Part shown: one piece after another, positions 11,124 to 23,479 of the stretch
How positions within the stretch are numbered: the stretch's first letter is position 1
Layout of the letters: every line of letters starts with the position of its first letter
Source of the DNA: Pseudovirgaria hyperparasitica
Taxonomy: Eukaryota
Reading direction: 5' to 3' (one strand)
Length of the DNA: 64,000 bases
NCBI GenBank assembly: GCA_010093815.1
Contig: ML996575.1
Notes under the pieces: generated by a model
Databases searched by the model: none
Told to the model about the DNA's origin: nothing
What the model saw: only the letters and a program-made list of their open reading frames with translations
Translations under genes and position numbers: made by a program

Positions 11124-12188
11124 CTACAGCCTAATATGTGCTTCCGATCTCGAAACCGAACATCGACGACAAATTTTGAAGATTGAAGCCAGATTCTCAG
11201 CCTTCGCTCTCCCTAAGCCACACTCCGTTGAAATTCCAAACTCCGCATGCCCAAGCACCCTCTTCGCGGTCTCTATCCTCTCTCTTGTCCCCTCCTCATC
11301 ATGCGCATGTACCAACCCCAGAAATAAGGTGCTCTCTCTCGCCCTCATACTCAACATTCTCAACGGCTCGAAATACCCCGCATCTACACGATTTCTGGGC
11401 ACAGGGATGTGGTAGTAGCTCACTCTCCTCGCGACATTCGCCGCGATGCCGTTAATCACCTCCACCAAGATGCCTGCGTCCAGTGGCTCCACACAATGAA
11501 CGCCCCCGAAGTCGCCATAGCACAAATGAAATCCCAGCTCCGCATCCTCATGCACCGCATCGCCTAGCACCCTCAACTCCGCACAGATATGCTCGCGCAC
11601 ATCGTCATACCACGGCAGCATAACGTCCCAGCCGAAGCCGCCCGCACGTGGGGGGTTGTAAGTATGCTCCATATGTGCAATCTCCTGCGGGATGTCCCAC
11701 TGGATACACAGATCGTGCGGCGGAATTGCGTGCTGAATCTTGGCGAGGTCGGTGAGTATGAGACGCATATACAGCTTCTCTGCGAGCGCCATATACGGCT
11801 CACGGACCCATGCGAGCACGGCATTGATAGGACTGGGTAGACAGACTTGAAACCGCGCGTGCGAGGGCACGATCCCTTGGGCGCGCAGAGAGCAGAATAT
11901 GGGGTACGAGGTCAAGGCAGCGTCGGCATAGCCTGTGGGCTTGAGCGATTCGAAGGTGAGGACGAAGTCTGGGTCGTGGATCTGGGGGGTGTCGGGCATG
12001 AAGCGATTTGTGAGAATTTCTGGCGGGAAAACACGGCGCTGCCAGAGTGTGAAGCAACTGCGTTCGTTTGTTTCGCCGTCAGATACGCGGGAAAGTGTGG
12101 GTAAGGCTTTGCAGAAACGGGTGATTGCTTCTGAGGTGGATGTGTAGGGAGAGCTGCCGAGTAGAAGGACGGGGTGGACTTGTGTCAT
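11124..12188 (-). CDS. Cobalamin-independent methionine synthase (MetE C-terminal / URO-D-MetE superfamily)-like Zn enzyme, intronless
   Basis: N-terminal LLGSSP...SDGETNER, IQWD, Zn-ligand motif GFHLCYGD, LFLGLVH, C-terminal FGISTECGLGR. Confidence 0.8.
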   Translation of the reverse strand: MTQVHPVLLLGSSPYTSTSEAITRFCKALPTLSRVSDGETNERSCFTLWQRRVFPPEILTNRFMPDTPQIHDPDFVLTFESLKPTGYADAALTSYPIFCSLRAQGIVPSHARFQVCLPSPINAVLAWVREPYMALAEKLYMRLILTDLAKIQHAIPPHDLCIQWDIPQEIAHMEHTYNPPRAGGFGWDVMLPWYDDVREHICAELRVLGDAVHEDAELGFHLCYGDFGGVHCVEPLDAGILVEVINGIAANVARRVSYYHIPVPRNRVDAGYFEPLRMLSMRARESTLFLGLVHAHDEEGTRERIETAKRVLGHAEFGISTECGLGRAKAENLASIFKICRRCSVSRSEAHIRL

Positions 12189-13738
12189 TGTGGTATGTGT
12201 GGGGAGTTGATACCGGTCAAATTGAGATTGAGGGAGCTATGAGAGACAGAATGAAAGCAAGAGATGTCGAATGCTGACGGAGACTAGCATTTTAGAGACA
12301 TGGAAATCGGGCCTGAAGACTGGCTCAGGGTAAAGCACAGTCCTGATCAACGGCCAAGTCCCTCAAGTTTGAGTGACGTCCGTCACGCCACTGAAGTTAG
12401 CAAACCTAAAGCTCAGGGTGCCGCAGACTGTTTCGTAGCTCTGTTTATTGAGGTCTAGGGTCCTGTTCGGGAAGTAGCCAGTGGGTTCTTGGTTCTTGTG
12501 TATTCTGAGTATGCAGGCATCGTTCAATCATGTAAGAAATCAGCGGTGCAGTACTGACTCCCTTCTGGAGCCCCAATGACATGCAGTAACCTCTATACAG
12601 AGTGAAATGTAGGATGTAAGGCTGGAAGACGTTGACACTGCCGAATCGGGATGTTGGAATTTGTTTGCGCCACCCCAGACTCGCCTGTGACAAGATGGAG
12701 AAGTGGACCTCCTGCATGACTAGCGGTCGCTCCCGCTGTCAGATTCAGCCATATGACGCTTATCTCTATCTCTGCAGGAAATACGTTTTGTGTATAGAGG
12801 CGATCGGTTTGATACCAAATTCTACAATAGAGGCGCTTCCTGACTTGAGACGACCGACTTGAGGATTCCGCAGCGTCACACGGCACAGTGCGGCACAGTT
12901 TGATCGTCGGACAGGTATACAAGGATCTCCTGGGTGACGACCTCCTCTATCTCTTGTCGGTCCACTGTACATAGTAAAAGGACCGTACATTGCATCATCC
13001 TTCCACAGGGCCACATGGGAGCCCCTCCAGCAAGGAACAAGTCTGGAGACCTGGAGATAAACTCTAGAGATAAGACCCAGAGATATGACCTTAGTATATG
13101 GACAGTCCGGATCATCCCTCTTCACCTGGAGTAATCCATTGACAGTGACTGATCAAGATCATTGTATCTCGGTGGAACTTCTGGTGCTATCCAGAACACC
13201 TGATTACAACTGATAAGCCCTCGTAGAATACTTGACTAAAGATTTATTAGGATCACCGGATCGGTATAGAAGGAATGAGTCGAGTGTCCGCATCACTAAT
13301 TATACTTAAGTAGAGAAGACAGCCTCTAAGAGCTCGGGAAGTAGAAAAGTCCGTCTAACTGGTACTTTCCAAATTACCTCAATTACTTGGCAGCTAATGC
13401 AGGGGCTCCAAGCCGGCAACATCTGCCAAGAGTTCTGTTTAATTCGACCCACCCCAAGCTTGGGATTCTGTAGGAAGGTCCGAATGCCCGAGGTGCCGAA
13501 GTCACCGTCCTCCGTCGCAACGCTAACAATACCACTATGGCTTGTTGTCTATCGTGAGTATTACTTCTTCTGGAATGTTGATGACGCGTAGCACATTCAA
13601 CACGTCTGGCCTTCATGAAGCTGTCTCCCCCGCAGGAGGTATAAATATGGCCTTGGCTGGTTCGACAGGATGTTTCAACAGCTTAAGACGACTTGTCTAC
13701 AACGTCAACAGTTCCATCACTACTTTGCAAACTTCAGT

Positions 13739-14983
13739 ATGACTGTCCCATCTCTCAATATCCTCATCTCAGGCGGTGGAATAGCTGGTCATTGCCTTGC
13801 GTACTGGCTCTCCCGCACACGTCTCCAGACGTCCATCACCATTGTAGAACGAGCTCCTGTCCCCAGAATCACCGGCCAAGCCGTGGACATACATCAGCCG
13901 TCCATCGAGATCGTCAAGAAAATGGGCCTGCTCAACTCTGTCCGTGAATACAACACCACCGAAGAAGGCACCACTATGCTCAAACCCAACGGCAAGCCCT
14001 TCCTCCACCTGCGTCAGGCTGACGGCTTCTCCTTCACCAACGAATACGAGATCCTGCGAGCCGACCTCGCTGAACTGTTCAACGACGCTTCCAGCAAGTT
14101 CAGAAACGTGCAATGCAAATATGGCGACAGCGTGACATCCCTCACGCAGACGTCTTCTTCCGTCCATGTGACCTTTGCCAGCGGCACATCAGACACGTAC
14201 GACCTCGTCGTCGCGGCCGACGGGAGCGCATCACGGCTTCGCGACATGATTCTAGACCCATCCGTCACCAAAGGCTGCTACAACTTCATCGGCCAGTACA
14301 ACGCCTTTTTCAGCATTCCCTCGCGCCCCTCCGACGACAAAATGTGGCATTTCATGAACCTCCCACAAGGCCGCGCACTTATGCTCCGCCCGCATCGCAA
14401 CCCGGACACTATGGGCGCCTACGTATGCGTCACAACGCCTGGGCATGGCCACAAAGACCAGCGGATGGAAGACGCAATTGCCACAGGACACGAAGCCGTG
14501 AGAGGGCTACTACATGAGTATTTTGCCGGCGCGGGATGGCAGAGCGGCAGGATTTTGGACGGCATGGATACGGCGTCAGACTTCTACATCTCGCGGTCCG
14601 CGACTGTTAAACTACCCAAATGGACCAATAACCGTGCGTGTGTGGTGGGAGATGCGGCATGGGCGACATTCGGTATTGGCACCACGCTCGCCATTGTCGG
14701 GGCGTATCATCTCGCGGGCGAACTGGGCAAGATCAAAGCGAGCAGTGAGATCCCCGGGGCACTGGAGATGTACGAGCAGAGCTTGCGGCCATTGTATAAG
14801 GCTATGGGCGAGTTGCCTCCAGGGTATCCGCAGATCCTGTTTCCGCAAACGATGTTGGGGTTGCGGGTGAGGGACTCGGCGCTATGGGCTGTGAGCAAGG
14901 GTCGAGGTTTGTTTAAGCTATTTGGAGGTGATAAGGACGATAACAAGTTCAAGTTACCGGAGTATGATTGGGTTGATGTCTGA
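13739..14983 (+). CDS. FAD-dependent monooxygenase (FAD_binding_3 / aromatic hydroxylase type), intronless
   Basis: ILISGGGIAG Rossmann motif, EILRADL, DLVVAADG and VVGDAA motifs. Likely start is M at 13739. Confidence 0.92.
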   Translation: MTVPSLNILISGGGIAGHCLAYWLSRTRLQTSITIVERAPVPRITGQAVDIHQPSIEIVKKMGLLNSVREYNTTEEGTTMLKPNGKPFLHLRQADGFSFTNEYEILRADLAELFNDASSKFRNVQCKYGDSVTSLTQTSSSVHVTFASGTSDTYDLVVAADGSASRLRDMILDPSVTKGCYNFIGQYNAFFSIPSRPSDDKMWHFMNLPQGRALMLRPHRNPDTMGAYVCVTTPGHGHKDQRMEDAIATGHEAVRGLLHEYFAGAGWQSGRILDGMDTASDFYISRSATVKLPKWTNNRACVVGDAAWATFGIGTTLAIVGAYHLAGELGKIKASSEIPGALEMYEQSLRPLYKAMGELPPGYPQILFPQTMLGLRVRDSALWAVSKGRGLFKLFGGDKDDNKFKLPEYDWVDV

Positions 14984-16656
14984 TGAACCATATGTGTTCG
15001 ACGTTTTAGGAGGAGGATCTTCCCTGTGTGAACCTGATATTGAGCCCTCATTCTTTTCTTTCGTTTCCAGAGGCTCTAATACTGATACATGATGTATACA
15101 TATAGATTGTTTAGAATTGGTATTACTCATCACACCCCCAATTTTTGATGACACACTCACATGAATGGTGCAACGATGGTTTGAGATGCAGTGGCGGCAC
15201 AGGAAGGACTTGACCTCTCTCGACGCCGTACGTCGTGCCATGAAGCGCGTACAATCGCACTATTATTGGAATATTTAGGGGAGATATTATAAGAAGACAA
15301 CTTAGTCGTCAGGGCCAGAGTGTCGCGATAATTGGACCCATTCCTGGTACGCTTTTGCCTATTGTTGCTCTTTCACGGACTGTACGACATATCTGGCATA
15401 AGGATGAATTTTCGCCTAAGCCCAATGCTGCGTCCTTTATCGTTTGGGCTCGCACAGGTCATGAACGTTCTCGAAGGCGAAAGGTAATGCCTTGGCTGGA
15501 TTGTGCCGCATGCGAAGAGATTCCTCAATATCGTTATTTGGACGAGCCTGCTTCTCGACCCATGTGTCCCTCAATAGAAGCATCTGGGATACTGGAACGC
15601 TCGACCAGGATTTAAAGTGCTGACCGTATGATGCGAGATAAATGAATAATGATTAGTTGAATCTGAATACGAGAAGAGTGATATGCATGAGGATGTGATG
15701 GAAGGAGAAGAGAAGGAAGCGGGGCAAGTTGGTGCTTGTTTCATTCGCGGAAGAAAACACCAGGTGCACAGGCCTTTTCCCAGCCTTTTCTTACCTCGTG
15801 TCACACACACTTCTTTCTTCCTCCTACATCTTTTTCATCTTCATCTCTCATTCACGTCTCACCTTGAGGGCTTGGCTTTCCATCAACAATGCTGACTGTT
15901 ATTGCCTCTGCTAGGCTTCTTTCGATACGAAGCATTGTTGTCACCATGGGTTCAGGCTACATCCGGTCACAATATCAAAACACGTACACACAGCTCTGCT
16001 CTATCATTGTAATGGAAGCATCTTAAACCAGCCATAGCAACGATCTTTGCTATCAGTTAGCAAACTAGGAACCATGCGCGAGCTGTCAGATCATCAAGTA
16101 AGATCGGCAAACGCCCACGACACTTATGAGAACCCCTATGAATCTGCACCACGACTGATCCCGTCTCATGCATGTCAAGCTTACATGACCGGCTTCCACG
16201 TCCTAAGCGACTACCACATCGGATCTCCGAGTGTCGAAATACTTTCTATATTTTCACTCTGGTACACACAGCCTCTCAATAAGACAAGGTCCCATGCAGG
16301 CGCTGTGGCGCCTCGGAGGGCTGGCTGTTGTGCTTCTCGTGCCATCAACGGAGCTGTTGCATCCGTATCCTTTCCGATCAACACATATTTCCAGAACACA
16401 TGGCTTCCATTTTTCATTCTTGTCGTTCGGTGCATACGGCCCTTGATCCGTGACCCTTGTGAAGGCGTAGTGCATGGTCGAGTGAATATCATCGTTATAT
16501 TGCATCGATACCCGTCATCTTTCACTTCAAAGCTCAAGATTATCTAGCAGCTTGACTGACCTCGAGATTTACTTTCTGCTAAGTGTCTGCCTTTGCGTAG
16601 AAGTCTGATATTATCCAGAAAGTCGTACTTTGGATCTGGAAACGCACCGACAAAGC

Positions 16657-18384
16657 ATGGTTGAAGCCAAGGAAACCGCCACCGAAGTTCGAGCTGTGTC
16701 CGACACTGGCTCCGTAAGTCATGATGCAAATGCTGTTCATTGGCTGGTCCGATTGACGTGTTCTAGCTCCATAAGAATGCCGTAGAGATCAAGGTCATCA
16801 CCGGAACAGAGGCCTTGGCCGAGGCAAGAATCAAAGAACCTCCTCAGCTACTCGGTTTTCATGCCTTTGTCCTATATCTCTGTGCCTTCGTCGGTTTCTT
16901 CTGTTCCACCTGCAACGGCTTCGATGGTTCCATGTTCAATTCTCTCCTCACTAACAAGCAGTTCAAAGAGTACTATGGTGTCGAAAACACAGGAGCATGG
17001 ACTGGCATTGTGACTTCAATGTATCAGATTGGCGGCGTTGTGGCCTTGCCTTTTATTGGACCTGCCTGCGATAGGTTTGGACGACGATATGGGATGATGA
17101 TTGGAGGCCTCATTGCCTCTCTTGGAGTGATCATCCAATCAACAACCAAGCCTAACCACAACCCTGTAGGACAGTTCATGGGAGGACGTTTTCTGCTTGG
17201 GTTTGCCGTCCCCATCATCACCACTGCTGGCCCTCTCCATGTTGTCGAAACAGCCCATCCGTCCCATCGCGGGGTTGTGACTGGTTTGTATAACACTTTC
17301 TGGTTCGTCGGGTCGATCCTTGCTGCTGGGTCTACCCGCGGGTCGTCGAATCTGAGCGGCAACAAAACCTGGATGGTTCCCGTATGGCTCCAAATCCTGT
17401 TCCCAGGCCTCATCCTTGCACTCGCGTGGTTCCTACCCGAATCTCCCAGATGGCTGTATACTCGTGGGCGAAAAGAAGACGCTAAGAAGATGCTAACATA
17501 CTATCACGGAAATAAGAACCCTGACTCAATCTGGGTTAGTCTTCAACTTCGCGAGTACGACCAATATCTCGAAATGGACGGCGCTGATAAGCGATGGTGG
17601 GACTACCGGATCCTGTTCAAAACTCGTGCTTCTCGCTACCGCATGCTAAGTAACATCTGCATTGCTGTATTTGGTCAATGGGCCGGCAATGGCGCAATTT
17701 CATATTTCATAAGGTACGTTGAACAGTTCCTCAACTCACTACAGACATTAACCCAAACTCAGCGGCGTTCTGGACACAGCAGGGATTACGGGCGAAATTC
17801 AGCAGATGAACATCAACCTAGGTCTTGCATGCATGCAATTCGCATTCGCTGTCTTTGGCGCCACAATGGTCGACAAACTAGGCCGGCGCCCCATGCTCCT
17901 GATTGCAAACATCGGGGCCTCCTTTATCTGGATCGCCGCTATCGTGTCCGTGTCCATCAACGACAGGACCGGCACGGCCTCCTCAAGCAAAGCCTTTCTG
18001 GCCTTCATATTCATGTTCAACGCTATCTTCGCATTTGGCATGACGCCGCTACAGGCCCTATACCCCGTTGAGGTGCTCTCGTTCGAAATGCGTGCTAAGG
18101 GCATGGCGTTCAGTAATATGTCGCTGACAGTCGCGATGCTAATCAACCAGTTTGCGTACCCGATCGCGCTGGAGCAGGTCAAGTGGAAGCTGTACATCCT
18201 GTTTGCGGTGTGGTGTCCCGTGCAGGCGCTTGTGATATGGCTGTTCATCCCAGAGACCAAGAACCGCACACTAGAAGAGCTAGACGATATCTTCAACTCG
18301 CCGAATCCGCGCAATGCCAGTCTTGTCAAGACGAAGGTTGCGCTGGATGAGCGCAAGAACGTGGTCGAGGTCGAGAAGATGTAG
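16657..18384 (+). CDS. crt1: MFS sugar porter of the lactose/cellodextrin permease clade (Crt1/LacpB-like); exons 16657-16713, 16767-17713, 17763-18384
   Basis: KEPP...FFCSTCNGFDGS, GIVTSMYQIGGVVALPF, DRFGRR, PESPRWL, MDGADKRWWDYR, PETKNRTLEE. Introns restore the frame. Confidence 0.9.
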
Positions 18385-18522
18385 GTACTGGGCATGGACG
18401 GAGGAGCTTCAGTCATTAGGGTACATAGAAATGAATTTGGATATGGATATTTCATAATCGAAGACTTCTCAGTTCTTGAGGCTTATCGCTATATACAACC
18501 ACCATTCCTCAGCTTCGAGGCC

Positions 18523-20547
18523 CTAAATTAAGAACGAGTCCGGATGCGCATTGATATACTCCATCTGCTCAACGCGATAATCATCTCTGATTACCCCTGG
18601 CCCACTCTCTAAGAAATGATACGTCTCTCTGCCCTTACCCGTCCACTGCGGCCAATATGGGATATCGCGCCCATGGTTATTCGGATCCAGGGTACGCACA
18701 AACGAAATCGCCGTCGCCTGTCTATTGTCCACGTTCTTAGACAGTTGCCGCGGCAGGTTGGCGAACATGTAGAAGAAAACGTCGAACGCGTGGAACGAGC
18801 CGAGGATGGGCAATTTAGTCAGCGGATTGTTGGGTAGGAGGCCCGCGCTCGGGACGTCGACTTCGGTCAGGTAATTCCATGCCGGAGCTGGATAGTGCGC
18901 GAGAAGGTTACGGCGTTGGGCCTAGGATGAGAGGGGGCGTTAGTTGGTAGAGGGAGAAACAAGTGGAAGTGTAAACGTACCTCGAAGCTGAAATCCCCTA
19001 CGAGGGCTGCGACACGCTTGTAATTAGGCGTGGGGTTGTTGAAGATGCCTGTCCCGAACGGCGAGCCCTTTGTCGGGTCGTGTGGGTACAGGTCCATCAG
19101 ACCGGCCATGTCCTCGTCGCTGGCCTTGGGCCACCACACTGATTGAAAATAGTCCTTGAAGTCCTTTTCTGTGGTAACTTTGAGCTGTGTGAGTAGGGAG
19201 AAGAGTGTGCCTTCATCACGCATGTCGCCAATCATGAGTGGGACTTTTGCGAATTTGCCTTGTGCGGCAAGACGGTGAGGAGAGTCGGTGAGATGCTTGC
19301 CGTCGGGACGGATGGTCCATGTTGATGCGAGGGAAGAAGCGCCGAGGAAGTACTCTATATAGGCGTCAGATATTGGAGTCTGCTCAGAGACATGGAAAAG
19401 TACCTTCTTCGTTTACAGCGGCGGAGATATCTGCGTGATCAGCTTTCTTGAGACACGCGATTTTGTCTGCTGCGTCAGTGCAGCCGCAGTTCGCAACCAT
19501 TCTATCGAAGGTTGCTTGCTGCCTCTCTGGGCCGTCAACCATGACTGGACCGCCCGAGACGGCGATGGCGGCCCGGAAAAGGTCTTGTTTGCCACCGTCC
19601 CACAGCAAGTGAGTAGAGACTGACCAACTGCCAGCGGATTCTCCAAAGATTGTGAGCTTATCAGGGTCTCTACCAAACTACACTAATGTCAGGGCACCTT
19701 CTCCTTAATGGGAAATATGGAATCATCATGCCTTCGAAATGTGTTTCTTGATCCACTGCATGGCTACACGCTGGTCCTCGATGCCAAGATTCAGCAGACC
19801 AGCCTCCTCCATCTCCTTCGAAGCGCTAAATCCAAACGCATTCAGTCTGTAGCTTATGGAAGCGACAATGATGGGTTGGTCTGTTTCTACTGCAGTCTGG
19901 ACGAGGCCCGCAGGGCGGTAGTTTACAGCCAGACCCGGAGCCGCCAGAGTTTCGCCAAGCGCTGCGTAAGGGGCACCGATTTCGAAACCACCACCATGAC
20001 TAGAGAGTTGTCAGCAATATCCCTGGCGCTAGATAGCTTTGGAGCGCTGGCAGGCCTTACATCCACATGATGATCGGAAGCTTAGCATCCGGACGAGTGT
20101 TTTCTGGAACTTGGATGTTGATAAGGAGGCAGTCCTCAGACTGGGGCGAGAGCGGATACAGTGCTTCTTCAATGAAGCCCACTGCAGCACCTATGCCCAG
20201 ATCTCCAGTGCCATTGGCGGCGAGGATCGAGCCTGTGGACTTCTGGGTGCATGCTGGGCCAAAGTGAGTGGCGTCTTGGATGCCCTCGAGCTTCCTGGAA
20301 AAGAGCTGTGCATGCTCGAAGCGACCTGCTTCGGCATATGGCATGCCTGTGCACACGTCAATAAGATAATAGCGTGATCCTTGGTTTACTGACCTAGATA
20401 TCCCCATGAATGGCTCACTGGATCAGCTATGCCCTTGAAAGTGCCATAGTCAAGGTCAATATTGGGAGGCGAGTCTCGTTTCACTGGCTTCGCAAGAGCG
20501 AGTGTTGCAAAGCACAATGGCCACAACGCGCGAATACAAGGTTTCAT
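18523..20547 (-). CDS. Secreted type-B carboxylesterase/lipase, multi-exon
   Basis: Signal peptide MKPCIRALWPLCFATLALA followed by KR. Motifs SEDCLLIN, HGGGFEIG, IFGESAG, GDMRDEGTLF and GSFHAFD. Confidence 0.9.
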
Positions 20548-21567
20548 TGTGGAGTGAAAGACAGGTTTAAGGAAAACGAAAGTCTTAGACAATCGATTAA
20601 GGGCTAAGGACGAGAATCCGACTATATACTACCAAGGCACTTCGTAGCTTGCGCAAGTCTTAGCTTGAGCAAACATGTATCGTTATGCCCTCGCTCTACA
20701 TGTTCCTTTCAGGAGACGGATAATGATGAACAGCCGCAAGACCGGACCAATCATCGAGTGTGATGGTTATAACACGATGCCGTCAGTTGTTATAGCGGAG
20801 AACCTAAGGCCAACGATTCATCTTGGAACTGACATAGCCAAGCATGATCGAGTAAAGGCTTATTCTTTATGCGAACTAGGCAGGGTAGTAGCAGGCTTGG
20901 ACTGCGGGGCGCCGGTAATGGTACAACTATGGAGTTCACAATGATTCGGTGTCAGTAGTCATCCTTCGACCCTTGTGTGGTACTAGCTGTAGATCTTCAT
21001 GCAGGTCTATGGTCGCATCATGTAATAAACAGAACAGTAAGACGGCGTGCCGGCAAGCGAACATTGGGATGAATCTCCCTATGTGGCCCCAGAAATAGGG
21101 GCATAAGCCATACTTTCCTTGACGTGAAAGAGAAGAAAATTCTGCAAACTTTGGCGAATACAGTTGGAAGGTGGGAGAGGGAGGAACACGAAGAGTTTCA
21201 CTTGACCTGAGCGCAAGAACTTCGGCAACCATGAAATCCGGGGCAGAACAGCCCAAAATTACGGTTATTGTTCACCTCGGGCCGGACAGGGGAACCCCTA
21301 GCAGTCCCCGCATTAACCTTAAACTAAGCTGCGTGTCATTTCTGGGTTTATCACCTGACCATGTTCGGTTTTCTGAGCATCGGCTAGGCGATCAACTGAC
21401 ATCCTGGTAGATGTCTTATTCCGGACTGGCTCTGTAACTTCCTGTCATCTATATTATTGGTACAAGTCATTGATACATCGTAAAATACACATTTGCTCCC
21501 CATTGTCACATCACTACCAGCATACGCCAACAAAGTATGCAACCTACTTCCATAAGACCCACCAGCT

Positions 21568-22809
21568 CTATCCCATGTACTCCTCACCAGCAACCCACAC
21601 GTTTCTCACGTTGTTTATAATCTTGATGTCCGCTATGGGGTCGCCCTCGACTAAGAGCAGATCTGCCCTCAACCCAGTTTTAACCTGTCCCCTATCAGTG
21701 TACCCAAAGATTCTGGCTGGCTCCTTGGTAGCCATTCTCAGAACATCTGCATTCGACAGGCCGACTTCAGTCAACAATTCCATCTCCTCATGCAGACTAC
21801 TCCCAAATGGAAACCAAAGCTCTGTGAGGGCCCCCGGTGTTAAGGTATGCACATCCGTGCCCACGAGAAGATCCGCACCAGCGTCATACAATTTCCGCAC
21901 ATTCGACTGAATCATTGTCCAGTTGGCATCCGGATAATAGCCAGCCTGCCAGCCTTGATAGTGCACACGCAACGTCGGGACGTTGACTACACCCATACCA
22001 AGAAGTTGCTGTACTTGGTCATCGCTGATGTTTGCGTCCGTAATAGTGTGATGGATCAAGTCTGTCCCACTTCCAAGTGCGCGTACCCAGCTATCGGATT
22101 CCGTTGCATGCGTCATTACTACGCGTCCGTACTTGTGGCCCTCGGCTACGATTGCGGTTTGCATGTCTTGACTGAAGCCACCATTCTGACTGCGTAGTTT
22201 GAAGAGTTCTGACCCAGCAGCTATATTGTTGGACATGAAGGACGGGATCTGGGCGGTTGAGTTGATGAAATTGACAGATGGAACGCCGCCAGGTGTTGCG
22301 AGGTTACTGCTTCCAGGAGCAACAGCGGGGAGACCAGCGGTGATAAAGCTGGTGAGGCCTGGTAGGTTCCTAAGCTGCGCACAAAGCGTGAGATTTTGAC
22401 AGGATGCGCCGATCGTAGTAGTCACACCAGCAGCCGTAAGATTTTTCATTTCTTCGAGGGAGCCCGGGTGTGCGTGTGACTCGAAGAAGCCGGGGAGAAG
22501 GACATGCCCGGTGCCGTTGATATGGGTATCAGGCGTGACGCCGAGATTGGTGCCGATCAAGCCGATACTCGAACCAGAAATGAGCACAGTAGTCGGAGCG
22601 GATAGACCATGACCATTGAAATACCGAACGTTGTCTAGGGCAGTCACTTGGGGCGAGGACGTGGTGAGGTTTGTTGCTGGATCACTGCGTTTGCTGTATC
22701 TCGCGCGGTGAGCGGCTATGCCGACATCTGAGCCCGCAGCCGGATCATCGCCGCAAGCCAAGATAAGGCGGATGCTTGCTAGAAGAGTAAGACCTCTGTT
22801 GAGCTGCAT
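21568..22809 (-). CDS. Metal-dependent amidohydrolase (Amidohydro_1), probably secreted, intronless
   Basis: LLPGFFESHAH (HxH), VMTHA, IHH, LLVGTD, GLRADLLLVEGDP. N-terminus MQLNRGLTLLASIRLILAC is signal-like and followed by a KR site. Confidence 0.88.
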   Translation of the reverse strand: MQLNRGLTLLASIRLILACGDDPAAGSDVGIAAHRARYSKRSDPATNLTTSSPQVTALDNVRYFNGHGLSAPTTVLISGSSIGLIGTNLGVTPDTHINGTGHVLLPGFFESHAHPGSLEEMKNLTAAGVTTTIGASCQNLTLCAQLRNLPGLTSFITAGLPAVAPGSSNLATPGGVPSVNFINSTAQIPSFMSNNIAAGSELFKLRSQNGGFSQDMQTAIVAEGHKYGRVVMTHATESDSWVRALGSGTDLIHHTITDANISDDQVQQLLGMGVVNVPTLRVHYQGWQAGYYPDANWTMIQSNVRKLYDAGADLLVGTDVHTLTPGALTELWFPFGSSLHEEMELLTEVGLSNADVLRMATKEPARIFGYTDRGQVKTGLRADLLLVEGDPIADIKIINNVRNVWVAGEEYMG

Positions 22810-23479
22810 TGAAATCGGTCGAATCGAGCCTCCGAGAATCCTGAGAAAAGACAATAGAAGGTGAAAATTGGTCAAATGGGTCAGATTTGAGAGGAAACTA
22901 CCTGACGGTTTGCTTGAGATTAAGCTGGCTTATCCAATATGTTAAGAATGGTGTCTTGGTTCGATTGCTTGCTCACGGTGGTCATCATCTTTATACTACT
23001 CGTCGCTATGCATCTTTGCCCGGCAACACTAGCCACCGCTCATCGAACAACGTACGTCAATCATGGCTGCGCAGACTTGGCAATCGAAACGAGAGCCTCG
23101 AGTCCCGAACGTCCGTCTCGCAACATACCATGCGAAGCTGACCAAGGATATCCGAGACCCTCTGGAAATGTGCAAGAAGAACATGAGAAGAGCAAAGAGG
23201 ACAGACGGGAGAAGGTCCGATTTGGCACTAATTACTTCCGGCTAGAATCTCTCAAGGCTAACCAAGCTGGAACACCCAAACGCCACCAACACCCGTCAAA
23301 GGCTGAGTCCATCCCCTACCCAAATCCTCTTCTCATCGCGGAGATGCAATCTCGGGTCCGAAACGGGGCTTCCTTCCGGCTTCAGTGATGAATCAAGTCA
23401 AGATCGTACCGTGCACTGTAGAAGCTTAGGTCCTATACGGTGGTAACCATCGACGTCATATACATACAATTGCACAGTC

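Noticed and set aside
12445..13400. Cluster of short overlapping ORFs
   Set aside because: No recognisable motifs or consistent splice model. It may be decayed coding DNA, but this cannot be supported.
21275..21280. CCTCGG (FarA/CTF1-type site) upstream of the lipase
   Set aside because: A single hexamer is expected by chance.
22939..23388. 149-aa ORF with a hydrophobic N-terminus
   Set aside because: It fills the short divergent promoter of two real genes and has no family features.
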